The position numbers and the translations under genes were made by a program. 64,000 nt of DNA from an archaeon. Lineage in GTDB: Archaea > Nanobdellota > Nanobdellia > Pacearchaeales > GW2011-AR1. The first letter of the stretch is position 1; each line of letters starts with the position of its first letter. Positions 1 to 9,127 of this stretch are shown here, piece by piece. The stretch is from NCBI GenBank assembly GCA_030636025.1, contig DAOVXQ010000002.1, positions 10,848 through 74,847 of the forward strand. The letters are read 5' to 3'. Under the pieces are notes generated by a model. The model did no database searches and was not told the origin of the DNA. It saw only the letters and a program-made list of their open reading frames with translations.

Positions 1-281
1 TTTCAGATACCGAAGATAAAGACGATTTTAATAGTTGTTTAAAAAAACAAGATATTACATTATATATTAATAGTGATAATTTTGTTAAAACCCTAGAACA
101 AATGAAAACAAAAGAATATTTAGGAACCGAGGTTAAAATAATGAATTGTTTGATAAATAAAGATATTTGTTTGAAAAAGGGGATAAATACTTTTCCGAGT
201 TGGATTATAAATGGGGAAAAAGTTTTTGGAGATATTTCTATTGAAGATTTGTCGAGAATTTCTGGCTGTGAATTAAATTAA
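1..281 (+). CDS. thioredoxin-fold-like protein, C-terminal fragment (5' end outside window)
   Basis: Frame is open from the window edge to TAA 279-281. The tail ...FPSWIINGEKVFGDISIEDLSRISGCELN weakly resembles DsbA/glutaredoxin-like proteins. Confidence 0.35.
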   Translation, partial: SDTEDKDDFNSCLKKQDITLYINSDNFVKTLEQMKTKEYLGTEVKIMNCLINKDICLKKGINTFPSWIINGEKVFGDISIEDLSRISGCELN

Positions 282-290
282 GGAGGCAAA

Positions 291-455
291 ATGACAACTA
301 TTAATAAAACAAAATGTATTGGATGCGGGGCCTGTGTTTCTGTTTGTTCTGATGGTTTTGAAATGGGAGAAGATGGCAAGGCAAAAGTAAAAAATGCCAA
401 AGCTCCTTGTGTTAAAGAAGCAATAGAATCGTGTCCAGTCGATGCTATAAAATAA
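291..455 (+). CDS. small 4Fe-4S ferredoxin (54 aa, below the ORF-track cutoff)
   Basis: AGGAGG lies upstream of ATG 291. Translation is MTTINKTKCIGCGACVSVCSDGFEMGEDGKAKVKNAKAPCVKEAIESCPVDAIK, with a CxxCxxC...CP cluster motif. TAA at 453-455. Confidence 0.7.
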   Translation: MTTINKTKCIGCGACVSVCSDGFEMGEDGKAKVKNAKAPCVKEAIESCPVDAIK

Positions 456-459
456 TTAT

Positions 460-1056
460 TTAGCGATATTTAGAAAATTTCTTAAAATAGCGAATTCCCA
501 TTTTAGTTAAAACAAAAAATAAAGTGCCGAAGGTTCCGAATATTAAATCAATCATTGTGTCGTCATTTTTGTCCATTATAATGTTAAATTTAGTTAATCC
601 AGTTATATCTCTTAAATAAACTCCCTGTAGCTTCCAATCAACCAATTGGTCTAAAAGATATTCTCCTATTTCAAATAAAGATAAAATAGAGATAATTATT
701 GTAAACGTTAATAAAAGTTTTACACTAAATTTGCATTTTAATTTGTTTACTAAAAAGAAAACTAAAATACTGATAAAAAGCGGAGATAAAAAATGTAAGA
801 TTTTATCATAACTTGTAGATATAAAATAAAGTGGGCTGAATAAAATTCCTGTTGTTGCAACTAATAAAAAAATAAGATAATGATGGGGTTTAAATTCTAG
901 TTTGAAAAAAAAGTCAACAAGATAAAATAACAAGACAGATAATAAAAATCCCGAAATCCTGACAAAATAATTTGTATTTTTAAGAGCATAAAGAATAACC
1001 AATACTACTGCGACGACGATTATATAAATAATATGTTTTGTATGTTTTTTTATCAT
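460..1056 (-). CDS. polytopic membrane protein, unknown function
   Basis: Several hydrophobic helices. Internal start MIKKHTKH (1056) is preferred because the longer ORF overlaps the divergent ArsR gene. Confidence 0.5.
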   Translation of the reverse strand: MIKKHTKHIIYIIVVAVVLVILYALKNTNYFVRISGFLLSVLLFYLVDFFFKLEFKPHHYLIFLLVATTGILFSPLYFISTSYDKILHFLSPLFISILVFFLVNKLKCKFSVKLLLTFTIIISILSLFEIGEYLLDQLVDWKLQGVYLRDITGLTKFNIIMDKNDDTMIDLIFGTFGTLFFVLTKMGIRYFKKFSKYR

Positions 1057-1130
1057 AGGATTATTAAAGAACTTTAATATAAATAACTTCCCATCAAAAG
1101 ATTTATAAAGACATATGAATAATTGTTCAT

Positions 1131-1427
1131 ATGAATAAAAACAAAACATACCACATATTTTTTAGCAAACTTTCTAATAAATTAAGAATAGATATTATTT
1201 CTAATTTAGAAAAAAACCCAAAATCAGTTACAGAACTTGTTAAAGAATTAAAAATCGAGCAGAGCAAGTTAAGTCATGCATTAAGAGAACTAAGAGAATG
1301 TAATATTGTTGATGTAAAACAAAAAGGAAAAGAAAGAGTTTATTCTTTATCAAAAACAATAGTTCCTATTTTGAGATTAATTGATTGCCACAGCAAGGGT
1401 TGTGGAAAATGCAGGGGGTGTTGCTAA
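1131..1427 (+). CDS. ArsR/SmtB-family winged-HTH regulator
   Basis: LSNKLRIDIISNLEKNPKSVTELVKELKIEQSKLSHALRELRECNIV is a typical ArsR HTH. C-terminal Cys cluster CHSKGCGKCRGCC. Confidence 0.8.
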   Translation: MNKNKTYHIFFSKLSNKLRIDIISNLEKNPKSVTELVKELKIEQSKLSHALRELRECNIVDVKQKGKERVYSLSKTIVPILRLIDCHSKGCGKCRGCC

Positions 1428-1472
1428 TGGAAAAAGTTAAGTCAAAATCAAATCATCAAAATAAATTTTAAA

Positions 1473-2609
1473 ATGAAACAAATTTATCTCGATAATGCCT
1501 CAACAACCAAGGTTGATACAAAAGTAGTCGAAGCCATGATTCCTTATTTTTCTGAAAAATATGGAAACGCGAGTTCTCAGCATTTAATCGGGCAGGAAGC
1601 AAAAAGGGGCTTAGAAGAATCAAGACATACAATTGCAAAATCAATTAAAGCTAAAGATGATGAAATTATTTTTACATCTGGCGGAACAGAATCAAATAAT
1701 CTTGTTTTAAAGGGATTGTTTTTTGCAAATGAAAAAAAACATATTATAACAACAAAAATCGAACACGACTCTATTTTAAATACCTGCAAATGGCTTGAAA
1801 AACAAGGAGCGAAAATTACTTATTTAGATGTGGATAAAGGCGGATTTGTTAATCCAGAGGACGTGGAAAATGCAATAGGTTCTGAAACACTTGTTGTTTC
1901 AATCATCCACGGGAATAATGAACTCGGAACAATACAGAATATCGAAAAAATAGGAGAAATTTGCAGAGCAAAAGAAGTTTATTTCCATATTGATGCCTGC
2001 CAAAGTTATACAAAAGTTCCAATAAATGTAGGAAAACAAGATTTAGATTTTGTTACTTTAAATTCCCACAAAATTCACGGGCCAAAAGGCGTCGGAGCTT
2101 TGTATATCAAAAAAGGAATTAAAATAAATCCAATATTACACGGGGGCGGCCATGAATTTTCATTAAGGGGTGGAACTGAGAATATTTCTGGAATTGTTGG
2201 TTTTGCAAAAGCAGTTAAAATTATAAAAAATTCTAACTTGAAAAAAATAAACGAATTAAGAGATAAATTAATTAACGAAATTTTAAAAATTCCAAATACA
2301 AAACTGAATGGGCCAAAAGATAATCGGCTTTGCAATAATATAAATATTTCATTTGGGAATATTGAAGGAGAAGCTATTGGAGGTTATTTGGATGCTTATG
2401 GGATTTGCAGTTCAACTGGAAGTGCCTGTTCGTCACACACAATGGAAACAAGTCATGTTTTGAAAGCAATAGGTTTATCAGATTTAGAAGCAAACACTTC
2501 AATACGATTAAGTTTAAGTAAGTTTAATAATGAAGAAGAAATTGATTATGTATTAAAAGTCCTCCCAAAAATTGTGAAAAAACTTAGGAGGATGAGTCCA
2601 ATTAAATAA
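1473..2609 (+). CDS. iscS: cysteine desulfurase (NifS/IscS class, PLP-dependent)
   Basis: SHKIHGPKGVGALYIKKG PLP-lysine motif, GGGHE..RGGTEN, and catalytic SSTGSACSS loop. Confidence 0.9.
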   Translation: MKQIYLDNASTTKVDTKVVEAMIPYFSEKYGNASSQHLIGQEAKRGLEESRHTIAKSIKAKDDEIIFTSGGTESNNLVLKGLFFANEKKHIITTKIEHDSILNTCKWLEKQGAKITYLDVDKGGFVNPEDVENAIGSETLVVSIIHGNNELGTIQNIEKIGEICRAKEVYFHIDACQSYTKVPINVGKQDLDFVTLNSHKIHGPKGVGALYIKKGIKINPILHGGGHEFSLRGGTENISGIVGFAKAVKIIKNSNLKKINELRDKLINEILKIPNTKLNGPKDNRLCNNINISFGNIEGEAIGGYLDAYGICSSTGSACSSHTMETSHVLKAIGLSDLEANTSIRLSLSKFNNEEEIDYVLKVLPKIVKKLRRMSPIK

Positions 2610-2635
2610 ATTAGGAGGTAAAAATGAAAGACAAG
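2602..2635 (+). repeat. 34-bp direct repeat, copy 1 (iscS stop + SD + ATGAAAGACAAG)
   Basis: Identical to 2720-2753. ATG 2624 opens only a 12-codon dead-end ORF. Confidence 0.9.
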
Positions 2636-2719
2636 ACAACCCTTTTGATACAAAAGCGTTGACGGAAAAAAGAACTTTTTTAAAAAAAGTTTACAAAAAT
2701 CAATTGTCTTTCATCTAAC

Positions 2720-2753
2720 TTAAATAAATTAGGAGGTAAAAATGAAAGACAAG
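2720..2753 (+). repeat. 34-bp direct repeat, copy 2
   Basis: TTAAATAAATTAGGAGGTAAAAATGAAAGACAAG, identical to 2602-2635. Confidence 0.9.
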
Positions 2754-2867
2754 TTTGAGGAATTTGGAGCAGATTTCAAAAATGAAGCAGAAATTGAAGA
2801 AGAACTTGATGAAGAAGGATTGAACTCTGACGAAGTAGAAATTCAACATTTTAAGGAAGAAGATTAA
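2742..2867 (+). CDS. small acidic protein (41 aa), hypothetical
   Basis: SD GGAGGT precedes the ATG. Translation MKDKFEEFGADFKNEAEIEEELDEEGLNSDEVEIQHFKEED. The stop overlaps the next ATG (TAATG). Confidence 0.3.
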   Translation: MKDKFEEFGADFKNEAEIEEELDEEGLNSDEVEIQHFKEED

Positions 2868-3082
2868 TGAAAAAGAGAATAACTAAAAAAATGACTTTCA
2901 GCGAAATCATGGAAAAAAATCCCAAGGCAGTTGAAATTTTATTTGAAAAAGGAATGCACTGCATTGGATGTCCAATGTCTCAAATGGAAACCTTAGAAGA
3001 GGGATGTTTGGTTCATGGATTAAATCCAGATGAAATTGTTGAAGAATTAAACGAAAAATTAAAGGAGAAAAATGCAAAATAA
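2867..3082 (+). CDS. DUF1858-type redox-disulfide domain protein (hybrid-cluster-protein-associated type)
   Basis: TFSEIMEKNPKAVEILFEKGMHCIGCPMSQMETLEEGCLVHGL is characteristic of this small domain. Embedded in an Fe-S operon. Confidence 0.6.
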   Translation: MKKRITKKMTFSEIMEKNPKAVEILFEKGMHCIGCPMSQMETLEEGCLVHGLNPDEIVEELNEKLKEKNAK

Positions 3083-3467
3083 ATTTGAACAATATAATAA
3101 GGAAGTTATGAAACATTTTCTCAAGCCAAAATATTCCGGGAAAATGAAAAATCCAGATGTAATTGGCAGAATAAAAAATAATATGTGCGGGGACATAATG
3201 GAAGTTTATTTGAAAATTGATAAGAAAACAAATAAAATAAAAGATATAAAATTTCAGACAATGGGTTGTGCTGCTGCAATTGCATCTTCAGATGTTTTGT
3301 GCGAATTAGCAAAAGGGAAAACTTTGCAAAAAGCGAAAAAAATTGATAAGAAAAAAATTTTAGAAAAACTTAGGGGGCTTCCGTCTATAAAAATGCATTG
3401 TTCTGTTCTTGGAGAAAAAACTTTAAAAAAAGCAATAGAAGAATATGAAAAGAAAATTATTTCTTAG
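3072..3467 (+). CDS. iscU: IscU/NifU-like Fe-S cluster scaffold
   Basis: Three conserved Cys contexts: NNMCGD, QTMGCAAAIASS, KMHCSVLGE. Confidence 0.85.
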   Translation: MQNKFEQYNKEVMKHFLKPKYSGKMKNPDVIGRIKNNMCGDIMEVYLKIDKKTNKIKDIKFQTMGCAAAIASSDVLCELAKGKTLQKAKKIDKKKILEKLRGLPSIKMHCSVLGEKTLKKAIEEYEKKIIS

Positions 3468-3720
3468 ATTTTTTAGAAATCTTAGAACCTGTTTTCTTTT
3501 TATTTAATATTAAATAAACTATCGCCAAAATACCTAAATCATTTAGGACAAATGCTGAAACAAACAAAATTACAAACCATCTTTTTTGTTTTTTCTGCAC
3601 TGATTTATATATGGCAAACCCATACCAAATTAATTTCCAAATTAATATAATTAATATTAAAATAATTAGCTCTGCGGAAATATTCGGTACTGCCAAATCT
3701 GTAAAATTAAATAATCCCAT
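3457..3720 (-). CDS. small two-TM membrane protein
   Basis: Two hydrophobic helices and a basic C-terminal tail. No recognisable family. Confidence 0.45.
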   Translation of the reverse strand: MGLFNFTDLAVPNISAELIILILIILIWKLIWYGFAIYKSVQKKQKRWFVILFVSAFVLNDLGILAIVYLILNKKKTGSKISKKSKK

Positions 3721-3840
3721 TTTCTCTTTTATATTCTATAAAATATATAATAGTATATAAAGTTTTTGTCTTCAATATTTTGTATTGTTCTCTATCACAG
3801 AAATGTTTAAATACTGGTTCGTTCTATATTTTAATTATTG

Positions 3841-3888
3841 CTACAATTTATTGTAGTTTTGAAAAAGAGGTATACAATATGTTGTATA
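3841..3888. promoter_or_regulatory. tandem NrdR boxes upstream of nrdR-nrdJ
   Basis: CTACAATTTATTGTAG (3841-3856) and ATACAATATGTTGTAT (3872-3887) are both near-palindromes resembling the 16-bp NrdR box acaCwAtATaTwGtgt. Centres are 31 bp apart. Confidence 0.6.
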
Positions 3889-3941
3889 TTTCTAAAATAA
3901 ATTTTTATTTCAATAAAAATTTATTTGATTAGAGGTGATAT

Positions 3942-4373
3942 ATGGAATGTAAATTTTGCGGTTCAGACACAAGAGTAACTGATAAAAGAGAGTCCCCTAC
4001 AGGGACTCGAAGAAGAAGAGAGTGTTTGAAATGCAAAAAAAGATTTACAACATATGAAAAACCAGAAGAAAAAGATATTGTCCTTGTGAAAAAAGATGGA
4101 AGGCGAGAACATTTTCAGGACGAAAAATTAAGATTGGGTTTAATCAAAGCATGTCAGAAAAGACCTGTTTCAATGGAAAAAATAGACCAAACTGTTGAAG
4201 AAGTTAAAGAAAAATTAAAGAAAAAAGGCAAAGAGGTAAAAAGCAGAGAAATTGGAAAAATGGTGATGAATAAATTAAAAAAATTAGATAAAGTGGCTTA
4301 CATTAGATTTGCTTCTGTTTATATGGATTTTCAAGACATTAAAGATTTTAAAAAGGAGTTGAAGGAGTTGTGA
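3942..4373 (+). CDS. nrdR: NrdR transcriptional repressor (Zn-ribbon + ATP-cone)
   Basis: MECKFCGSDTRVTDKRES...RRRRECLKCKKRFTTYE Zn-ribbon, followed by an ATP-cone (KKDGRREHF...AYIRFASVY). Confidence 0.9.
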   Translation: MECKFCGSDTRVTDKRESPTGTRRRRECLKCKKRFTTYEKPEEKDIVLVKKDGRREHFQDEKLRLGLIKACQKRPVSMEKIDQTVEEVKEKLKKKGKEVKSREIGKMVMNKLKKLDKVAYIRFASVYMDFQDIKDFKKELKEL

Positions 4374-4375
4374 GG

Positions 4376-7339
4376 ATGAAATCAAAATTAGAAATCCCAA
4401 GATATTTTACAGAAGAAGGAAAGACACCTACTGATTCTTTTGACTGGATAAAAAGTAAGGTTGAAATTAAAGATAATTCTGGGAATTCAATTTATTCTGG
4501 AAAAGGATTAAAATTCCCTGATTTTTGGGGAGAACTACCAAGAAAAGTTGTTGCAAGCAAGTATTTTTATAGAGGGGATAGCGAGGATTATGTTGAAAAG
4601 GATTTAAGTAAGTTAGTTAAAAGAGTTACAGAAACAATATCTAATAGTGGGATTAAACAAGGGTATTTCTCTGGAGAAGATGCATCCAGACTTTCTGACG
4701 AAATTTCATATATAGTAATGGACCAAAGATTTGCCTTTAATTCTCCTGTTTGGTTTAATGTAGGATTATTTGAGAATTATGGAATAAAGGAAAAATCAAA
4801 TGGAAATTCATCTCACTGGGCAATTAATGAGCAAGGAAAATTTACTAATGAAATAGATGTTTATGAAAGACCCCAGGCATCTGCATGTTTCATTATGTCT
4901 ATAGATGACGACATGAGAAGCCTTATGAAACATTCTGAAAAAGAAGCAATGTTATTTAAACTTGGTTCTGGAACAGGGACTAATTATGGTTTGTTAAGGG
5001 GAGTTAGAGAACCCTTAAGTGGGGGGGGATATGCAAGTGGACAAACTTCTTTTATGAAAATATTTGATATTATTGCAGGAAGTGTTCAGTCAGGGGGAAA
5101 AACAAGAAGAGCAGCTAAAATGGTTATAGAACCTTGTGACCACCCAGATTTATTTAGATTTATTAATTGGAAAGTAGAAGAAGAAAAAAAAGGCCTTTGG
5201 TTATGTGCTAATCAAAGATGGGGTCCAAAAAGTTCTGGAGATTTAGAAAGTGAAGCATATAAAACTGTCGGGGGTCAAAACGGAAACAATAGCATAAGAG
5301 TAACTGATGAATTTATGGGGGCAGCCTTAAGAGGAGAAGATTGGAATTTATGGTTTATAACCGGGGACAGGTTTGACAATGAAGTAGAAATAGCTTTAGA
5401 AGATTATTCAGATGATAGATATCTTCCAGATAAAAGATTTATTAAAAAATTAACTAACAAGAAAAAAATAATAAATGCAGGAGAAGCTTTAGAACAAATA
5501 GCAAGGGCAGCAGCAGTTACAGGAGACCCTTCTTTACAATATGATAGCACAATAAATAAATGGCATACCTGCCCTAATTCTGGAAGAATAAATGCCAGTA
5601 ATCCTTGTTCTGAATATATGTTCATAGATGATTCTGCCTGCAATCTTGCTTCTCTAAACCTCACAAAATTTAGAGATAAAAACTCAGGAGAGATAATTAA
5701 TATAGATTCTTTAAATCAAGCAGTTAGAAATTCTATTATTGCACAAGATATTATTGTTGATTATGCATCTTATCCTGATAAAAAAATTGCGATAAACTCT
5801 CATTTATTTAGGGCATTAGGGCTAGGGTATACAAATCTCGGGGCATTATTAATGGAGAATGGAATTGCTTATGATTCTGATGAGGGCAGAGCAATTGCCT
5901 CTGCAGTAACTTCCTTGATGACTGCTCAAGCTTATCAAACTTCTGCTGAACTTGCATCTAAGATAGGTGCTTTTGAAGAATTTGAAAAAAACAAGGAGCC
6001 AATGTTAAATGTTTTAAAAATGCATCATGAAGAAATAAAAAAAATTAAAAGAATTAAAGAAGTTAAAGGATTAGAAACAATTATCGATGCTGCAGATAAT
6101 GCCTGGCAGGATGCTATTGAAAAAGGAGAGCAGTATGGATTTAGAAATGCGCAGGTTACTCTTCTTGCACCTACTGGAACAATTGGATTTATGATGGATG
6201 TTGATTGCACAGGAATTGAGCCAATGCCTGCCTTGGTTTATGACAAAGGACTTGCAGGAGGAGGAGAGTTAGAAATGAATATTAAACCTTGTGTTACAAA
6301 AGGATTAGAAACATTAGGATATAAACAAGAGAGATTAGAAGAAATATTAAGTTATGCGAAAGAAAATGGGACTATTGTGGACGCCCCCCATTTAAAGGAA
6401 GAGCACTACAATGTATTTGCTACTGCTTTTGGAGACAATACAATTTGTGTTGATGGGCATTTAAAAATGATGGCTGCAGTCCAACCTTTTTTATCTGGAG
6501 CCATCTCAAAAACAGTTAATCTCCCAAAAGGTGCAACAATACAAGATGTCAGAGATACCTATATCAAAGGTTGGAAACTTGGTTTAAAATCTATAAGTTT
6601 GTATATTGATGGTTCTAAGGGAGTGCAACCACTTAATATAAAAACAAAACAAAACGGAAAAGAATTAAAATGGGGTGAAAAAGTTAAACCTAGAAATCCC
6701 ATGATGCCTTCAGGATTTATAGAAAGACCAGGATGGAATGTTGAGATTGGGAGGAATGGAGTTCATTTAATGGTTGGAGAATATCCTGATAGGTCTCCAA
6801 AAGATTCTCCTGCAGACTTTTTTGTTGAGTTTGGAAGTGCAGGTTCTGAATTTAGTGCAGTTTACACTGACTGGGCAAAAGAAGCATCAAGAAATAGGCA
6901 GAGGGGCATGCCCTTAGATGAATTTATAAAACATAATAAATCATCTTCAGACCCTGTCAACGGTTTTACAGACCATCAATTTATAAAAAGTTGCAAAGGG
7001 ATAAAAGATTTTTTTATAAAATTGATTCAGTTAGAATACTTAGGAGATACAAGTGTTTGCGATGTTCAGCCAACAGATAAGCAATTAAGAGAATTGAGAT
7101 GCAATGTTTTGGCTGATAGAAGGAGAATTCGGCACTATCAGTCAAGAATAGACTTTATTGAATTTGCCATGGAAGACGGAGAATTAACAGAAATTTTTCC
7201 ACTATATGAAGATAAACTAAAATCTGGTGAAATGTCTGTTATGGATATTTTTTGTGTAAATTGCGGAAGTAAAACTGTTCCAAGCGGGGCTAACTGCAGA
7301 AAGTGTCCAAATTGTGGAGATTCTGCAGGTTGCGGTTAA
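4376..7339 (+). CDS. nrdJ: class II (adenosylcobalamin-dependent) ribonucleotide reductase
   Basis: NPCSEYMFIDDSACNLASLNL active-site motif and a C-terminal CxxC...CxxC tail. ATG 4376 is preferred over GTG 4370. Confidence 0.9.
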   Translation: MKSKLEIPRYFTEEGKTPTDSFDWIKSKVEIKDNSGNSIYSGKGLKFPDFWGELPRKVVASKYFYRGDSEDYVEKDLSKLVKRVTETISNSGIKQGYFSGEDASRLSDEISYIVMDQRFAFNSPVWFNVGLFENYGIKEKSNGNSSHWAINEQGKFTNEIDVYERPQASACFIMSIDDDMRSLMKHSEKEAMLFKLGSGTGTNYGLLRGVREPLSGGGYASGQTSFMKIFDIIAGSVQSGGKTRRAAKMVIEPCDHPDLFRFINWKVEEEKKGLWLCANQRWGPKSSGDLESEAYKTVGGQNGNNSIRVTDEFMGAALRGEDWNLWFITGDRFDNEVEIALEDYSDDRYLPDKRFIKKLTNKKKIINAGEALEQIARAAAVTGDPSLQYDSTINKWHTCPNSGRINASNPCSEYMFIDDSACNLASLNLTKFRDKNSGEIINIDSLNQAVRNSIIAQDIIVDYASYPDKKIAINSHLFRALGLGYTNLGALLMENGIAYDSDEGRAIASAVTSLMTAQAYQTSAELASKIGAFEEFEKNKEPMLNVLKMHHEEIKKIKRIKEVKGLETIIDAADNAWQDAIEKGEQYGFRNAQVTLLAPTGTIGFMMDVDCTGIEPMPALVYDKGLAGGGELEMNIKPCVTKGLETLGYKQERLEEILSYAKENGTIVDAPHLKEEHYNVFATAFGDNTICVDGHLKMMAAVQPFLSGAISKTVNLPKGATIQDVRDTYIKGWKLGLKSISLYIDGSKGVQPLNIKTKQNGKELKWGEKVKPRNPMMPSGFIERPGWNVEIGRNGVHLMVGEYPDRSPKDSPADFFVEFGSAGSEFSAVYTDWAKEASRNRQRGMPLDEFIKHNKSSSDPVNGFTDHQFIKSCKGIKDFFIKLIQLEYLGDTSVCDVQPTDKQLRELRCNVLADRRRIRHYQSRIDFIEFAMEDGELTEIFPLYEDKLKSGEMSVMDIFCVNCGSKTVPSGANCRKCPNCGDSAGCG

Positions 7340-7414
7340 TCATCAAAACATTTATTAACACCTTATTTCTAAGAAAATTATGTTTGAATTAAAAACAAGA
7401 GGCAACAATCAAAA

Positions 7415-7744
7415 ATGGTCAAGAATGATGCGGTTATGGAACTTACAAACGAGGAGTTTGGCGAGGTAATTGATAATTCTCATAAGGTTGTTGTTGTGGA
7501 TTTTTTTGCAGAATGGTGTATGCCTTGTGTTATGCTGGGGCCTGTTATTGAGGATTTAGCTGAAGAAATAAAGGAAGTAAAATTTGTGAAAGTTAATGTA
7601 GACGACAATCAGGAACTCGCAGGAAAATATAATATCTCAAGTATTCCGTGTTTAATTATTTTCAAAGATGGCGAAGAAGTTGACAGGATAATTGGCGGGC
7701 AACCATCTAATGTTATTGAAGAGAAAATTAAAAAGTATTTGTGA
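7415..7744 (+). CDS. trxA: thioredoxin
   Basis: VVVDFFAEWCMPCVMLGP... has the thioredoxin fold with a WCMPC active site (CMPC instead of CGPC). Confidence 0.85.
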   Translation: MVKNDAVMELTNEEFGEVIDNSHKVVVVDFFAEWCMPCVMLGPVIEDLAEEIKEVKFVKVNVDDNQELAGKYNISSIPCLIIFKDGEEVDRIIGGQPSNVIEEKIKKYL

Positions 7745-7797
7745 TAGTTATTTTATAGTGCTATAATGTATTTAAATGAAAAAAGATATTTTTTTAG

Positions 7798-8790
7798 ATG
7801 ATTAGAAAAAAAGAGTTGGATTTTGGAGATTATGAAACTCCTTCAAGTTTTATTCATATTGATAATCGGGGGACATATGTTCTTGATAAACCTCAACAAG
7901 GGATTAATCCTCAAATTGCAGTTCATGCTAAAACTCTTCCTGAAGCATGGGAATTAGCAATGCTAAGTTGCTGGAATTATGGTGCAAGGGTTGGAACCCA
8001 TTATGATAACACAACAAAAACACCAAAAAGTAAAGAAGGGACTATTTGCATTAAAGTTGAAAATCCTTTTAATGAACCAAGAATTCATAAAAATTTTCCA
8101 GGAGGTCCTGAAGAATTAGAATCATACAGGCAAGAAGTTGTTAAAGGAATTCATAATCCCTGGATTGACCCTAAAGCTGGAAAATGGACTTACACTTATA
8201 ATGAGAGATTAACAGATTATAATCCGAGTGTAGATTTAAATGCAGATAATCGGGGGATGCTGTTAGAAAAAGGGGTTGACCAAATTGAATTAGTTTTAGA
8301 TGATTTAGCAAGAGACATTACAAGCAAAGGGGCTCAGGCAACAACTTGGATGCCGACTGCAGACCCTGGATTAGAAAGTAATCGTCCGTGTTTGCAAAGA
8401 TTATGGTTTAGACCATTAGAACACAAGTTTAACGACGGAGAAGAAGGATATTTATTAAATATGAATAGTCACTGGAGAAGCAGAGATTTAGCTAAAGCAT
8501 GGTTTATGAATGCTTTTGCTATAACTGACTGGCAAAAAAACATAGCTGAAAGATTAGAACAAAAAATTAATAAACGAATTGAAGTCGGAAGTTATACAGA
8601 CATATCTGATTCATTGCATATTTATGGAGATTATTTTGAAGAAACTAAGAATGAATTTGAAAAAATGAACAATCCAGATATGAGTTTAAGGATTTGGAAT
8701 TCTAACCATCCTGCTTTTGAAATAATGACTGAAGAAGCAAAGGAAAAACTCGCTCAAGACCCTGATTGGTATGCAAACGGAAAAGGTTAA
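7798..8790 (+). CDS. thyA: thymidylate synthase, divergent ThyA family (archaeal type)
   Basis: The pattern W.P..DP.....RPC...LWF ... HWRSRDL...W..N.FA...W....A......VG.Y......LHIY parallels the ThyA catalytic core. Confidence 0.7.
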   Translation: MIRKKELDFGDYETPSSFIHIDNRGTYVLDKPQQGINPQIAVHAKTLPEAWELAMLSCWNYGARVGTHYDNTTKTPKSKEGTICIKVENPFNEPRIHKNFPGGPEELESYRQEVVKGIHNPWIDPKAGKWTYTYNERLTDYNPSVDLNADNRGMLLEKGVDQIELVLDDLARDITSKGAQATTWMPTADPGLESNRPCLQRLWFRPLEHKFNDGEEGYLLNMNSHWRSRDLAKAWFMNAFAITDWQKNIAERLEQKINKRIEVGSYTDISDSLHIYGDYFEETKNEFEKMNNPDMSLRIWNSNHPAFEIMTEEAKEKLAQDPDWYANGKG

Positions 8791-8855
8791 TCTTACCAAA
8801 ACTTTTTAAATTAAATATTTCTCATTAATTTATTATTAATTCGATTAATAATTAT

Positions 8856-8943
8856 GGCCCTATAGCTCCCGAGCCTAATTTCAGTAATAGAAAAAATGGT
8901 CTGAAATTAAACTCGCTCGGCTCAGCCAAAGGTTAGAGCACTG
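8856..8943 (+). pseudogene. tRNA-Lys-like 5' half carrying a 52-55 nt hairpin insertion in the D arm
   Basis: 8856-8868 matches tRNA-Lys 9000-9012 at 13/13. AGCCAAAGGTTAGAGCACTG (8924-8943) matches the D loop and stem. The insert pairs CCGAGC/GCTCGG and TAATTTCAG/CTGAAATTA. Confidence 0.45.
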
Positions 8944-8999
8944 TTAGAGTGTTAGAATCTTAAAAGCTATAAGTCAATGAAGACTTAAAAATAAACATC

Positions 9000-9074
9000 G
9001 GCCCTATAGCTCAGCCTGGTTAGAGCACTGGCCTTTTAAGCCAGGTGTCGGGGGTTCAAATCCCCCTGGGGCCA
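9000..9074 (+). tRNA. tRNA-Lys (anticodon UUU at 9035-9037), CCA not encoded
   Basis: Hand-folded cloverleaf. Acceptor GGCCCTA/TGGGGCC, D stem GCTC/GAGC, anticodon stem CTGGC/GCCAG with loop CTTTTAA, T arm GGGGG-TTCAAAT-CCCCC. Confidence 0.9.
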
Positions 9075-9127
9075 TTTATGCCATCAAAGATGGCACTTAA
9101 GTTCTCATATGATTTAGAACACCCGAC

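Noticed and set aside
1577-2335. 70-aa and 86-aa minus-strand ORFs inside iscS, plus similar antisense ORFs inside nrdJ, rpoB, rpoA, EF-2, EF-1a, the adhesin genes, the ABC genes and others
   Set aside because: All are shadow frames of strongly supported genes in AT-rich sequence, and none has independent signals.
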